The notes under the pieces were generated by a model. The model searched no databases, was not told the origin of the DNA, and saw only the letters and a program-made list of their open reading frames with translations. From an uncultured Atribacterota bacterium (GTDB lineage: Bacteria > Atribacterota > Phoenicimicrobiia > Phoenicimicrobiales > Stramentimicrobiaceae): DNA of 64,000 bases. This document shows positions 53,332 through 63,160 of the stretch, piece by piece. The stretch lies in assembly GCA_964428905.1 (NCBI GenBank), contig CAYSAA010000024.1, positions 7,418 through 71,417 on the forward strand. Direction: 5' to 3'. The position numbers and the translations under genes were made by a program. Every line of letters starts with the position of its first letter. The first letter of the stretch is position 1.

Positions 53332-53961
53332 TTAATAGACAGTGATGTACTCCTTAATACTATCGAATTTCTTTTCTCCTATCCCGGGGATATTCATAAC
53401 CTCTTCCATATTACGGAACATGCCATTACTTTTGCGATATTCTAAAATACGATCGGCAAGAACCGGACCGATACCCGGCAGTGCCTCCAATTGCAGGGAG
53501 TTTGCAGCATTAAGATTCAACAGACTGCTATTCGTGGAATTAGTCCGTTGCTGTTCAGCTTCATATGATCCAACTGTTCTGAAAAGCATATCTTCATTAT
53601 TTTCGGAAATCATTGGAATAATGATTTTTTGTCCGTCATAAAGGTGTGCAGCCAGGTTTACAGCATCAAGATTTGCCATTTCAGTCTCTCCACCAGCCAT
53701 CTTCACTGCATCAATAATGCGTTTTCCTTTATTCAGCTGATATACACCAGGCTGATGAACTGCTCCCGCAATGTGTATGATGCAAATTTCCTCTTCAACA
53801 GTCCCTTCTGTTACTGGGGTAACTATTTTAATTTCTTCGGTAGATGGGATAATAGTTACGCTATCTTTTCCCTTACTATATAATTTCCAACCAAAGGTTG
53901 CCAAAATTACTGAACTAATGACCAAAAAAACAATTTTTTCCTGTCTGGAAAAATTAAACAT
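53332..53961 (-). CDS. comEA: Competence protein ComEA (TM anchor, SLBB domain, helix-hairpin-helix DNA-binding domain)
   Basis: N-terminal TM helix, SLBB segment IHIAGAVHQPGVYQL and HhH repeats LNAANSLQLEALPGIGPVLADRILEYR...IPGIGEKKF. Confidence 0.85.
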   Translation of the reverse strand: MFNFSRQEKIVFLVISSVILATFGWKLYSKGKDSVTIIPSTEEIKIVTPVTEGTVEEEICIIHIAGAVHQPGVYQLNKGKRIIDAVKMAGGETEMANLDAVNLAAHLYDGQKIIIPMISENNEDMLFRTVGSYEAEQQRTNSTNSSLLNLNAANSLQLEALPGIGPVLADRILEYRKSNGMFRNMEEVMNIPGIGEKKFDSIKEYITVY

Positions 53962-54008
53962 GATTGATTACCTTCTTTCCTATTCTTCTCATTCCTGACA
54001 ACATGTAT

Positions 54009-55325
54009 TTATTGATTATTTTTATTTTTAAGAAAATATGCCTTTGCTTCACCAACGGTATACAGGGAGCCTGTAACACAGATAACATCATCTTCTTGAG
54101 CTATCTTTAGAGAGGTCTGAATAGCAGAATCTACAGTGGGTTTCTCTATGATTTTTTCACGAGCGAGATAACGGGCCACTTCCCTTGCCAGTATATGTGT
54201 AGGGGTTGCGCGGGGATTATTAGCCATGGTCAGAATTACCTGGTCCACAAAAGGAACAATATTTTTTATGATACCAGGAAAATCCTTGTCACTAAAAATG
54301 CCTATAATAGCAATAATTCGCTTAGCTGGAATAAATTTTTTTAAATTTTTGGTAAATTGAGTAACTCCGTTAGGATTATGTGCACCGTCTAAAATAACCA
54401 TAGGTTTGTCTTGAACAATTTCAAAACGACCCGGCCAGCGAGTATTTTTTAACCCATCAGTAATATTATTTTCACGAATCGGATAGCCTTTATTGTTGAT
54501 TAGCTCTGCCACGCCAATCGACAGAGAAGCGTTTTCTATCTGATATTCCCCTACCAGGGGTATGTATAAATCATTAAAGTTATTATATATTCCTGAATAA
54601 TGAAAATAATTTCCCTGCAAATCAGACTGGATCAAAATAGGTTTAATCTCCTGCCCAACGGAATACAATGCAGCCTGTCTTTCATCGGCTATCGTCTTAA
54701 TTACCTCATGTACTTCGGGAAACTGTTGGGCATTCACTACAAATATTTTATTCTTAATGATTGCACCTTTTTCCCGAGCAATTTCAGTTAAGGTATTCCC
54801 CAAACGATCCATATGGTCATAGTCAATATGACTGATAACCGAAACAAGTGGTTGAGATACATTGGTTGCATCAAGCCGGCCACCTAAACCAACTTCCATA
54901 ATGGAAAAATCAACATCATTTTCAAAAAAATAAAGAAAAGCCATTGTAGTGATGACTTCAAAAAAAGTAGGATGTTGATACCCTTCCGTTGTTGCTACCT
55001 GGTTTATGGCTGGTTTTATCCTTTCCAGCAAGTTACAGACATCTTCTTTAGAAATAAATTCCCCATTTATTCTCATTCTCTCCTGAAAATGTACCAAGTG
55101 TGGAGAAGTATATAAACCAACCTTAAATCGGGCAGATTTCAATATTGATGAAAGAATGGCAGCAGTCGAACCCTTCCCGTTGGTACCGGCAATATGAATT
55201 ACCTTGGTCTTAAGATGGGGATTATCAAAAAGGGACAATAGGTAAGTAATATTCTTGAGCCCGAGCTTGATTCCGTATTTGTTTAAACCGTAAATGTACT
55301 CGATTGCCTTGTTATAGCTGTTCAT
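54009..55325 (-). CDS. folC: Bifunctional folylpolyglutamate synthase / dihydrofolate synthase
   Basis: Mur-ligase P-loop HIAGTNGKGST and a VGLGGRLDATN motif. 4-nt overlap with valS. Confidence 0.88.
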   Translation of the reverse strand: MNSYNKAIEYIYGLNKYGIKLGLKNITYLLSLFDNPHLKTKVIHIAGTNGKGSTAAILSSILKSARFKVGLYTSPHLVHFQERMRINGEFISKEDVCNLLERIKPAINQVATTEGYQHPTFFEVITTMAFLYFFENDVDFSIMEVGLGGRLDATNVSQPLVSVISHIDYDHMDRLGNTLTEIAREKGAIIKNKIFVVNAQQFPEVHEVIKTIADERQAALYSVGQEIKPILIQSDLQGNYFHYSGIYNNFNDLYIPLVGEYQIENASLSIGVAELINNKGYPIRENNITDGLKNTRWPGRFEIVQDKPMVILDGAHNPNGVTQFTKNLKKFIPAKRIIAIIGIFSDKDFPGIIKNIVPFVDQVILTMANNPRATPTHILAREVARYLAREKIIEKPTVDSAIQTSLKIAQEDDVICVTGSLYTVGEAKAYFLKNKNNQ

Positions 55326-57994
55326 TGTGATTTAAGTGCTTTCAGATTTTTTTGTATTAGATTGAGTATATCCGTTAATTCTTTAGTCTTCTCTTTTTCT
55401 TTCTTTATAATGTTTTCAGGTGCTTTTTGAATAAAATCAGAATTGTTTAATTTTTTATTAGTGACAATCATTTCTTTTTCAATCTTCTGTAATTTTCTTT
55501 CTAATCGCTGAACTTCTGCCTCTAAATCAATGACGCCTTTTAAGGGGACAAAGATTTCTAAGTCTTCTAAAACACCCGTAGCTGAGTATTCCGGTTTTTC
55601 CAGTAAACTTCCAATCTTAAAAGATTGAACATGGGCAAGATTTTTAATATATGATAAATGTTCTCTTACTAATTTCTCCTTTTTGCCATCCACAACCCTG
55701 ATATAGACATCAATTCCCTTGGTCAGCGGTATATTCATTTCTGCTTTTATATTACGAATTGTTTTGATAACTTCCTGAATAGTACCCACCTTTTCTTTTA
55801 CATTTCTTTTCCTTCTTTCCTTTTTATATTCAGGCCACCTTGAAATTGAAATACTTAAGCCCTGGTGAGGAATCTTCTGCCATATCTCTTCAGTAATAAA
55901 AGGCATAAAGGGATGTAGCAAACGAAGAATATTATCCAGCACAAACCACAGGACATATTGAGCTGTCTTTTTTTTAACGGTGCTCTCTTTTTGATACAGT
56001 GTTTCCTTCGCTAACTCTACATACCAATCACAGAAATAGTTCCAGCTAAACTCATAAACAGTCATAGCAGCATCACTGAATTTGTAATGAACCAAATTAT
56101 CTGTCACTTCCTTGATAGTTTGATTTAACTGACCCAAAATCCATTGATCAAAGAGGGTAAAATTTAATTCCTCTACCTTTATTTCCTCCGGGTCAAAATC
56201 ATTCAGATGGGTCAATGAAAAGCGAGCTACATTCCATATCTTATTCGTAAAATTTCGAAATGTTTCAATTTTTTCCCTGGATAGGCGAATATAATTTGCC
56301 TGAATGGTTAAGGAAGCCAAAGTCATCCGTAGTGCATCGGCGCCATATTGGTCAATCATCAATAAAGGGTCTATGACATTCCCTTTTGATTTGCTCATTT
56401 TTTTCCCCTCAATATCTTTAATCAAAGGGTTAATAAAAACTTTTTCAAAAGGGATATCTCCCTTGAATTTAAGCCCCATCATCATCATCCGGGCAACCCA
56501 GAAGAAAATAATATCAAATCCTGTAATCAATAATGATGTCGGATAATAATCCTCTAAATCAGGGGTTTTTCCCGGCCATCCTAACGTAGAGAACGGCCAA
56601 AGTGCAGAACTGAACCAGGTATCGAGTACATCTTTATCCTGAATGATATTTTTGCTGTGGCATTTGGGACATTCTGAGGGATCTTCCATCTGAACAATCA
56701 CTTCACCACAATCCTGACAATACCATACCGGAATACGGTGGCCCCACCACAATTGCCGTGAAATGCACCAGTCCTTGATATTATACATCCATTCAAAGTA
56801 AACCTTAGACCATCTTTTAGGAATAAAACTGGTTTTATTGTTTTCTACCGCCTCAATAGCCGGCTTGGCCAGATCATTTATCTTAATGAACCACTGCTTG
56901 GACAGATAAGGCTCAATTATTGAATCACAGCGATAGCAGTGACCAATAGAATGGCAATAATCTTCTACTTTTTTTAAGTATCCCTTTTCTTTCAAGTCTT
57001 CCAATATTTTTTTTCGGCAATCCTGAACATTCATTTTGGCATATACGCCGGCGTTTTTATTGGTTGTTCCATCATCATTTAAAATGTTAATTTCTGCAAG
57101 CTTATGTCTCCGACCAAGCTCAAAGTCATTCAGATCATGTGCCGGAGTAATTTTAACTGCACCTGTTCCAAAATCCGGGTCTACATACTCATCTGCTATA
57201 ATAGGCAATTCTCTACCGACTAAAGGCAGGATAGCTATTTTCCCAACATATTCTTCATAGCGCTGATCTTTGGGATTAACTGCAATTGCGGTATCTCCAA
57301 GCATTGTTTCAGGTCTGGTGGTAGCAACGGTAATATGATCTTTAACCGAATTTTTTAAAGAATAAGCGATATAATAAAGTTTGGTATCTTCTTCTCTCTG
57401 CTCAACCTCTATATCTGCCAGTGCAGTCTGACAGCGAGGACACCAGTTAGTAACATAGTTGGAGCGATAAATAAGCCCTTCCTGATATAATGTTACAAAT
57501 ACTTTTCTTACTGCTTTTGATAATCCTTCATCCAAAGTAAACCTTAAACGAGACCAGTCACAGGAACAACCCATCTTTTTTAGCTGGTTTAAAATATTGG
57601 AACCATATTTTTCCCGCCATTTCCAGGCACGTTCCAAAAATTTTTCCCGACCCAGGTCATATCTGGTTTTCCCTTCTTTGGCAATTTCCCTTTCCACTAC
57701 ATTCTGGGTAGCAATACCGGCATGATCAGTTCCCGGAAGCCAGAGAACATCATAACCTTGCATTCTCTTCCAGCGAACCATGATATCCTGCAGGGTATTA
57801 TTCAATGCATGTCCAATGTGCAGAGAACCTGTGATGTTGGGAGGGGGCATAACGATAGAATAATGATTTTCTTTTTCTTTATCATTATTTGCCTGAAAAA
57901 GGTTATGGTCCAACCAAAACTGATACCAGTAATCTTCTACTATTTTAGGATCATAAACAGAGGGTAATTGAATTTGTTGTTGTTGATTTTCCAT
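55322..57994 (-). CDS. valS: Valine--tRNA ligase
   Basis: Class I motifs PNITGSLHIGHALN and KMSKSKGN, an editing domain and a C-terminal coiled coil. A T-box leader lies upstream. Confidence 0.97.
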   Translation of the reverse strand: MENQQQQIQLPSVYDPKIVEDYWYQFWLDHNLFQANNDKEKENHYSIVMPPPNITGSLHIGHALNNTLQDIMVRWKRMQGYDVLWLPGTDHAGIATQNVVEREIAKEGKTRYDLGREKFLERAWKWREKYGSNILNQLKKMGCSCDWSRLRFTLDEGLSKAVRKVFVTLYQEGLIYRSNYVTNWCPRCQTALADIEVEQREEDTKLYYIAYSLKNSVKDHITVATTRPETMLGDTAIAVNPKDQRYEEYVGKIAILPLVGRELPIIADEYVDPDFGTGAVKITPAHDLNDFELGRRHKLAEINILNDDGTTNKNAGVYAKMNVQDCRKKILEDLKEKGYLKKVEDYCHSIGHCYRCDSIIEPYLSKQWFIKINDLAKPAIEAVENNKTSFIPKRWSKVYFEWMYNIKDWCISRQLWWGHRIPVWYCQDCGEVIVQMEDPSECPKCHSKNIIQDKDVLDTWFSSALWPFSTLGWPGKTPDLEDYYPTSLLITGFDIIFFWVARMMMMGLKFKGDIPFEKVFINPLIKDIEGKKMSKSKGNVIDPLLMIDQYGADALRMTLASLTIQANYIRLSREKIETFRNFTNKIWNVARFSLTHLNDFDPEEIKVEELNFTLFDQWILGQLNQTIKEVTDNLVHYKFSDAAMTVYEFSWNYFCDWYVELAKETLYQKESTVKKKTAQYVLWFVLDNILRLLHPFMPFITEEIWQKIPHQGLSISISRWPEYKKERRKRNVKEKVGTIQEVIKTIRNIKAEMNIPLTKGIDVYIRVVDGKKEKLVREHLSYIKNLAHVQSFKIGSLLEKPEYSATGVLEDLEIFVPLKGVIDLEAEVQRLERKLQKIEKEMIVTNKKLNNSDFIQKAPENIIKKEKEKTKELTDILNLIQKNLKALKSQ

Positions 57995-58059
57995 AAGCTA
58001 ATCTCCTGAATCTCCTATCATTTTTAGAATAAATAATGAGTATATTTAAGTATATTTCT

Positions 58060-58343
58060 TTCCATAAAAAAGCCCTTTCCATCCTCTTTTAAGGACGAAA
58101 AGGGCTCGTGGTACCACCTTAATTCCTGTTCTTCGTTATTTATAAGTAAAACAGGCACTTAAAATAGTCTTAACGGTTCAACCGACGAAACTTACTTTTT
58201 GTTTCAGAAGCAGGCTCAGGGAGGACGTTCAATAAAAACTGAATTTATCAGTATTATTTACTCTATCCCTTCCACACCATTATATTAACTGCTAAGCCAT
58301 TTACTATGTCTTATATCGTACTATGATTGCAAAATGTTGTCAA
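58060..58343 (-). promoter_or_regulatory. T-box leader (tRNA-sensing transcription attenuator) of valS, with its putative promoter
   Basis: Elements on the minus strand, in order. Promoter: TTGACA, 17 nt, TACGAT (58343-58315). Specifier-loop AGAGUA. Candidate Val specifier GUC (58226-58224). F-box CCGUUA. Stem III CCUGUU/AACAGG. T-box core AAUUAAGGUGGUACCACG (58124-58107). Terminator AGCCCUUU...AAAGGGCU followed by UUUUUUA (58106-58066). Confidence 0.85.
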
Positions 58344-58369
58344 GTCAACAACAGGGAATTGTGGTCTTG

Positions 58370-59647
58370 TCAGGCAGTTTCTTTTTCTTTCTGATCTTGA
58401 TTTTCCCCAATTAAAATGGGGATTTCATTTTTTTCAATAACCTTTTTTGTAATCGTACACTCTTTAATATTCTTCTGTGATGGAATCTTATACATAATAT
58501 CAAGCATAGATTCCTCAATGATTGATCTTAATCCCCTGGCTCCTGTTTTTCTATTTAATGCCTTTTCTGCTACTGCCTCTAAAGCCGGTCTAGTAAATTT
58601 TAACGCTACTCCCTGATTAAAAAACATTTGTTGATATTGCAGGGCAACGGCATTCTTTGGCTTGGTTAAAATATCTATTAGGGCTGCTTTGTCAAGATTA
58701 CCAATAGTGGATATAATTGTTAATCGACCTACCAGTTCAGGAATCAGTCCAAACTTTATTAGATCTTCCGGCAAGACATTTTTTAACATTAAGCTTTGAT
58801 TGCCCTGTTGATTGTTTTCACCATAAATATCAGCATTAAAGCCGATATGATGTGTTTGCATACGGCTCTTAATAATATTCTCCAGACCTTCAAAGGAACC
58901 TCCACAGATAAAGAGTATCTGTGATGTGTCAATTTCAATATTTTCTTGATGAGGATGCTTTCTTCCTCCCTGCATGGGCATGGTAGCAACCGTACCCTCG
59001 ATAATCTTTAGTAACGCCTGCTGGACTCCCTCTCCGGAAACATCGCGGGTAATGGAAGGATTTTCCGATTTACGTGCAATTTTATCAATCTCATCAATGT
59101 ATATGATTCCATTTTGGGCTTTTTCTATATCTTCATCAGCAGCATGATAAAGCCTTAACAAAACATTTTCTACATCATCTCCGACATATCCAGCTTCTGT
59201 CAGGGTAGTGGCATCGGCAATAGCAAAGGGAACTTCCAACTTTTTTGCCAGAGTTTTGGCCAAAAGTGTTTTGCCACAGCCACTTGGCCCCAGTAAGAGA
59301 ATATTGCTTTTTTCCAGATCAACGAAATCTTCCGATTTTGTAATATTTTCTCTATTTTGATTCCCGGAAAGATTATTCTTGATTCTTTGATAATGATTAT
59401 ATACGGCAACAGATAATATCTTTTTGGCTCTTTCCTGGCCGATAACATACTGGTCTAAATATCTTTTAATCTCTTCCGGGATGGGAATATTCTTTAAAGA
59501 AAAATTCTTATTAGCATTCTTCTTCTTATCTTTTTCCAGAATATAATTACAAACTTGAATACATTCATTGCAGATATTGACCCCGTTGGAACCTGAAATT
59601 ATTTTTTTGACTTCATTCTGGTTTTTTCCGCAAAACGAACACTTCAT
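58370..59647 (-). CDS. clpX: ATP-dependent Clp protease ATP-binding subunit ClpX
   Basis: N-terminal zinc finger CSFCGK...CNEC, Walker A GPSGCGKT and Walker [10 protein letters not shown]. Confidence 0.96.
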   Translation of the reverse strand: MKCSFCGKNQNEVKKIISGSNGVNICNECIQVCNYILEKDKKKNANKNFSLKNIPIPEEIKRYLDQYVIGQERAKKILSVAVYNHYQRIKNNLSGNQNRENITKSEDFVDLEKSNILLLGPSGCGKTLLAKTLAKKLEVPFAIADATTLTEAGYVGDDVENVLLRLYHAADEDIEKAQNGIIYIDEIDKIARKSENPSITRDVSGEGVQQALLKIIEGTVATMPMQGGRKHPHQENIEIDTSQILFICGGSFEGLENIIKSRMQTHHIGFNADIYGENNQQGNQSLMLKNVLPEDLIKFGLIPELVGRLTIISTIGNLDKAALIDILTKPKNAVALQYQQMFFNQGVALKFTRPALEAVAEKALNRKTGARGLRSIIEESMLDIMYKIPSQKNIKECTITKKVIEKNEIPILIGENQDQKEKETA

Positions 59648-59662
59648 TCAAAACACCTCAAT

Positions 59663-60262
59663 TTATTTTTTTTCAAAATCGATACGCTTTTTGATTACTT
59701 CATCTACAACGCCATAGGCCTTCGCTTCATCGCCGGTCATATAAAAATCCCGGTCGGTATCTTTTTCAATTCTTTCTAACGGCTGGCCGGTATGATAGGT
59801 TAAAATTTCATTAAGTTTATTCTTAATCCTTAACAATTCTTTGGCCTGGATTTCAATATCGGAAACCTGACCCTGTGCACCACCTAACGGCTGATGGAGC
59901 ATGATCCTGGAATTAGGCAAAGAAAACCTTTTTCCTACTGCACCGGAGGCAAGGATCAGTGCAGCACCACTGGCAGCCATACCAGTACAAATAGTAGATA
60001 CGTCAGATTTGATGTACTGAATGGTATCATAGATAGCAATCGTGGAACTGACCGAACCGCCGGGACTATTAATATAGATAAAAATATCCCTTTCCGGTTC
60101 ATTTGCCTCCAAAAACAATAACTGGGCTATAATAATATTGGCCGTTTGATCATCAATTTCTGTTCCCAGAAAAATGATTCTTTCTTTTAACAGGCGTGAA
60201 TATATGTCATACGATCTTTCTCCCTGTGGTGTTTTCTCTACTACAATCGGTACTAAATTCAT
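59663..60262 (-). CDS. clpP: ATP-dependent Clp protease proteolytic subunit ClpP
   Basis: Catalytic Ser in [12 protein letters not shown], His in MLHQPLGG, and the RDFYM region. Confidence 0.96.
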   Translation of the reverse strand: MNLVPIVVEKTPQGERSYDIYSRLLKERIIFLGTEIDDQTANIIIAQLLFLEANEPERDIFIYINSPGGSVSSTIAIYDTIQYIKSDVSTICTGMAASGAALILASGAVGKRFSLPNSRIMLHQPLGGAQGQVSDIEIQAKELLRIKNKLNEILTYHTGQPLERIEKDTDRDFYMTGDEAKAYGVVDEVIKKRIDFEKK

Positions 60263-60276
60263 GGTAAAAACCTCCT

Positions 60277-61572
60277 CTATTTTTCTGTAACCTTAACCTT
60301 TTTGGATAAGATATCGATCACTTTTTCTCTTTTAATCTGTTCTTTCAGATTATTCAGAGTTTTATTTTTTTCAAACATTGCCCTTACTTTTAAAGGCTTT
60401 TGATTGGTACTTTCTGCAATTTCGGCAATTTTTTGTTTCACATCTTCTTCGGTAGCCGTTATTTTATCATCTTGAATAATTTTGTCAATAATCAATTCCT
60501 TCTTGATCTGTTGCTCAGCCAATACCCGATATTCTTTTTTCACCTTTGCTTCATCTGCTTTTATCATTTTATAATAATCTTCCAGACTCATATTTCTGTT
60601 TTTCAGATCCTCTTTCAGATTATTTATCATGCTTTCTACCTGTTTATCAATTAAAACTTCCGGTACTTCGAAATTACATTTCTCTGCCACTTTTTCCATT
60701 AATGTTTCATTGAATTCACTTTCAGACTGATATTTTGCGCTCTCGATCAGTTGCTTTTTAATATGTTCTTTCAATTCATCCAGGTTCTGGTAATCCCCGG
60801 CACCTTTTGCCAATTCATCATTCAAGGTTGGAACTTCTTTTTCCTTAATATCAGATAACTTTACCTGGTATGTTACTTCTTTCCCGGCCATTTCCTTATC
60901 TTTGATTTCTTCGGGAACCTTCACTTTAATTTCTTTCTCATCACCAGGCTTCAAACCCACCAGGTTTTCATTGAATTCCGGGGGGATTTTATCACCCAGT
61001 TGAAGCATCTGTTTTTCCTTTTTACCATCCGGAATAGGCTTATCATTCAGAAAAGATTCGTAATCAATAACCAGGAAATCCCCCATTTTTGACTCTCTGC
61101 CCTCTACGGCTTTTAACTTTGCCTGGCTTTCTCTAATTCTTTCTAAATCATCATTGATTTCTTTTTCTGTGACTTCCGGTACCTTTTTCTCAATGAAAAT
61201 ATCATCAAGATTAGGTATTTCAATGTCCGGTTTTACTTCCAGAATCATTTTATAAACGAATGGTTTTTCTTTGTCAATCTGCACCAAATCAATCTTAGGA
61301 ACATCAATTGGGTCAAGCTTGCTTTCATCAATCGCTTCTGTATAACTATTTTTAATAAGTTTTTCAGCAACCTGATGTTCGATATACTCTTTTCCCAAAT
61401 TCATTTCTAAAATATTGATCGGGATGCGACCTGTACGAAAACCCGGAATCTTTACCTTTTGAGAAAGTTCCCGGCAAGTGTTGCTAAATTCCTGCTGAAC
61501 TTTTTTCTGTTCAACAGTTACTTTAACTTCTACTTTATTTTTTTCTTGTTCCCCTTTTTCAATTTGAATCAT
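60277..61572 (-). CDS. tig: Trigger factor
   Basis: Ribosome-binding motif PGFRTGRIP, a central FKBP-like domain and a helical C-domain. Conserved tig-clpP-clpX order. Confidence 0.93.
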   Translation of the reverse strand: MIQIEKGEQEKNKVEVKVTVEQKKVQQEFSNTCRELSQKVKIPGFRTGRIPINILEMNLGKEYIEHQVAEKLIKNSYTEAIDESKLDPIDVPKIDLVQIDKEKPFVYKMILEVKPDIEIPNLDDIFIEKKVPEVTEKEINDDLERIRESQAKLKAVEGRESKMGDFLVIDYESFLNDKPIPDGKKEKQMLQLGDKIPPEFNENLVGLKPGDEKEIKVKVPEEIKDKEMAGKEVTYQVKLSDIKEKEVPTLNDELAKGAGDYQNLDELKEHIKKQLIESAKYQSESEFNETLMEKVAEKCNFEVPEVLIDKQVESMINNLKEDLKNRNMSLEDYYKMIKADEAKVKKEYRVLAEQQIKKELIIDKIIQDDKITATEEDVKQKIAEIAESTNQKPLKVRAMFEKNKTLNNLKEQIKREKVIDILSKKVKVTEK

Positions 61573-61603
61573 GTAACTCTACCTCCACAGACTTTCCTCC
61601 ATC

Positions 61604-61631
61604 ATAATAAAACCGCAAATATTCTTTGCGG
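61604..61631 (-). terminator. Rho-independent terminator downstream of the tRNA cluster, about 30 nt upstream of the tig start codon
   Basis: On the minus strand, CCGCAAA-GAATA-TTTGCGG is followed by TTTTATTAT. Confidence 0.6.
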
Positions 61632-61795
61632 CGAAAATGGTTATTCTAAAATTTTTATTTTATTATTTTGTTCTAAAAATATACAATAATAGCTTTATAT
61701 GTCTGATAAATATAAACATCATTTCCAGCTAATTTGTTAAAAATTTCTCTTCTACCTTTTTTTGATATAGAATTTTAATTCTATATCTCGTAACT

Positions 61796-61880
61796 TGGTG
61801 CGAGAGGCGGGACTCGAACCCGCATGGAGTTACCCACTGGATCCTAAATCCAGCGTGTATACCAATTCCACCACCCTCGC
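61796..61880 (-). tRNA. tRNA-Leu (anticodon UAG), CCA encoded
   Basis: Manual cloverleaf: acceptor GCGAGGG/CUCUCGC, anticodon arm CUGGA-UUUAGGA-UCCAG, a long variable arm and T-arm GCGGG-UUCGAGU-CCCGC. Confidence 0.9.
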
Positions 61881-61902
61881 TAATCTTTTATTGTATAGTA
61901 AT

Positions 61903-61978
61903 TGGTGGGCCGTACAGGTATCGAACCTGTGACACCCTGATTAAAAGTCAGGTGCTCTACCAACTGAGCTAACGGCCC
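61903..61978 (-). tRNA. tRNA-Lys (anticodon UUU), CCA encoded
   Basis: Acceptor GGGCCGU/ACGGCCC, D-arm GCUC-AGUUGGUA-GAGC, anticodon arm CCUGA-CUUUUAA-UCAGG and T-arm ACAGG-UUCGAUA-CCUGU. 76 nt. Confidence 0.92.
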
Positions 61979-61980
61979 AT

Positions 61981-62009
61981 AATATAGTCAGGGGAAGTAT
62001 CCCCTGAAA
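61981..62009. repeat. 29-bp repeat, copy 1, containing an 8-bp palindromic hairpin
   Basis: AATATAGTCAGGGGAAGTATCCCCTGAAA is identical to 62064-62092. The internal stem is TCAGGGGA/TCCCCTGA with a 4-nt loop. Confidence 0.85.
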
Positions 62010-62063
62010 CCCCTCAGGTAGTCAATGCTGAATCTTTTAAAGTTATCTTTTAGTATGCACTAA

Positions 62064-62092
62064 AATATAGTCAGGGGAAGTATCCCCTGAAA
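62064..62092. repeat. 29-bp repeat, copy 2
   Basis: Perfect copy of 61981-62009, 83 bp to its right. Both copies lie in the 124-nt spacer between tRNA-Lys and tRNA-Arg(UCG). Confidence 0.85.
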
Positions 62093-62102
62093 TAATTACA
62101 AG

Positions 62103-62176
62103 CGCGCTCGGAGGGAGTCGAACCCCCAACCCTTGGATCCGAAGTCCACAGCTCTGTCCAGTTGAGCTACGAGCGC
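62103..62176 (-). tRNA. tRNA-Arg (anticodon UCG), CCA not encoded
   Basis: Acceptor GCGCUCG/CGAGCGC with discriminator G, anticodon arm GUGGA-CUUCGGA-UCCAA and T-arm GGGGG-UUCGACU-CCCUC. 74 nt. Confidence 0.88.
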
Positions 62177-62184
62177 TCAAAAAA

Positions 62185-62263
62185 TGGGGTGAGCGATGGG
62201 ATTTGAACCCATGACCACTGGAGCCACAATCCAGGGCTCTAACCGGACTGAGCTACGCCCACC
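62185..62263 (-). tRNA. tRNA-His (anticodon GUG) with encoded G-1 and CCA
   Basis: Acceptor GUGGGCG/CGCUCAC. An extra 5' G is opposite discriminator C73, the bacterial tRNA-His hallmark. Anticodon arm CUGGA-UUGUGGC-UCCAG. Confidence 0.9.
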
Positions 62264-62275
62264 ACGCCTAATATC

Positions 62276-62352
<77 letters not shown>

Positions 62353-62359
62353 AGGTCTC

Positions 62360-62660
62360 TTAAATTATTATATTACTTGGCTTTCCAGCCATTCCTTCTT
62401 TTATATTATTCTCTCCAAAATCTCTTTGGTGTCTATGTAGTGTCCATGAAGTATCCAGACTATTCCCTGTGTGCTGCTGATAAGTTCTGGAAAAATGGGA
62501 ATAAAACTCCCCTTTTTTATTGCAGAATATATATTCGTTTTTATGAACTTGGAACATTTTTCTTCAGCTCCTGATAAATTCTTTCCTTCATGGGAACAAT
62601 CCTAATCTCATTGGTTTGGTTTACGGAAACCCTCTTACTTTCTCTTTTTCCGCCTTTAAG
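62360..62660 (-). pseudogene. Degenerate tyrosine recombinase (phage-integrase family) fragment, frameshifted
   Basis: Spread over three frames: LKGGKRESKRVSV...IRIVPMKERIYQELKK (TKxGxxRxVP-like), then EYIFCNKKGEF, then HGHYIDTKEILER. Paralogous to the 62930-63160 fragment, sharing TTTTTTATTGCAGAATATAT. Confidence 0.6.
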
Positions 62661-62929
62661 ATAATAATAAATATATCAGTTATCACTCTTTTTGTAAATT
62701 AATATTTTTATTTATTTCCAGGAATTCCATAAATTTTTATTTAACAACTTCAAGACACAATATTGTACTTTATCATAAAATGTCTTTTTTTTCCATCTTT
62801 TTTAGCCATATTTAAAATTATTTTTATCAGATTTAAGCAAATAGCTAACCTCAAAATATAATACTTTCTTCTACACAATCCATTTTTACTTAAATCTTTA
62901 GATATGATATTGGAAAAAACTAAAGCATT

Positions 62930-63160
62930 ACAGTCTTTTTCTCTCTCCACAGGTGTGATGCAAAAGTATGCCGAAGATCATGGAATCGGAAATCATTAAT
63001 TTTGGCTAACTTTAATGCCCGGTCAAAGCTTTTCCTTATATTTCCAAAAGGTTTACCTTTTTTATTGCAGAATATATGTTCACTTTCCTGATCCCGGGAC
63101 ATCTTTTTCAACTCTCGATAATAGGAATAGATTTCGTTGGCAACCTGTCAAACGAAGAAC
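62930..63160 (-). pseudogene. Truncated tyrosine recombinase (phage-integrase family) fragment
   Basis: EHIFCNKKGKPFGNIRKSFDRALKLAKINDFRFHDLRHTFASHL contains the catalytic-core HxLRHT box. It lacks the N-terminal half and the C-terminal Tyr region, and it abuts the DtxR-like gene. Confidence 0.65.

Noticed and set aside
61981-62092. CRISPR-like reading of the two identical 29-bp partly palindromic repeats.
   Set aside because: There are only two copies, the intervening 54 bp is longer than typical spacers, no cas genes or leader are present, and the repeats lie inside a tRNA operon.
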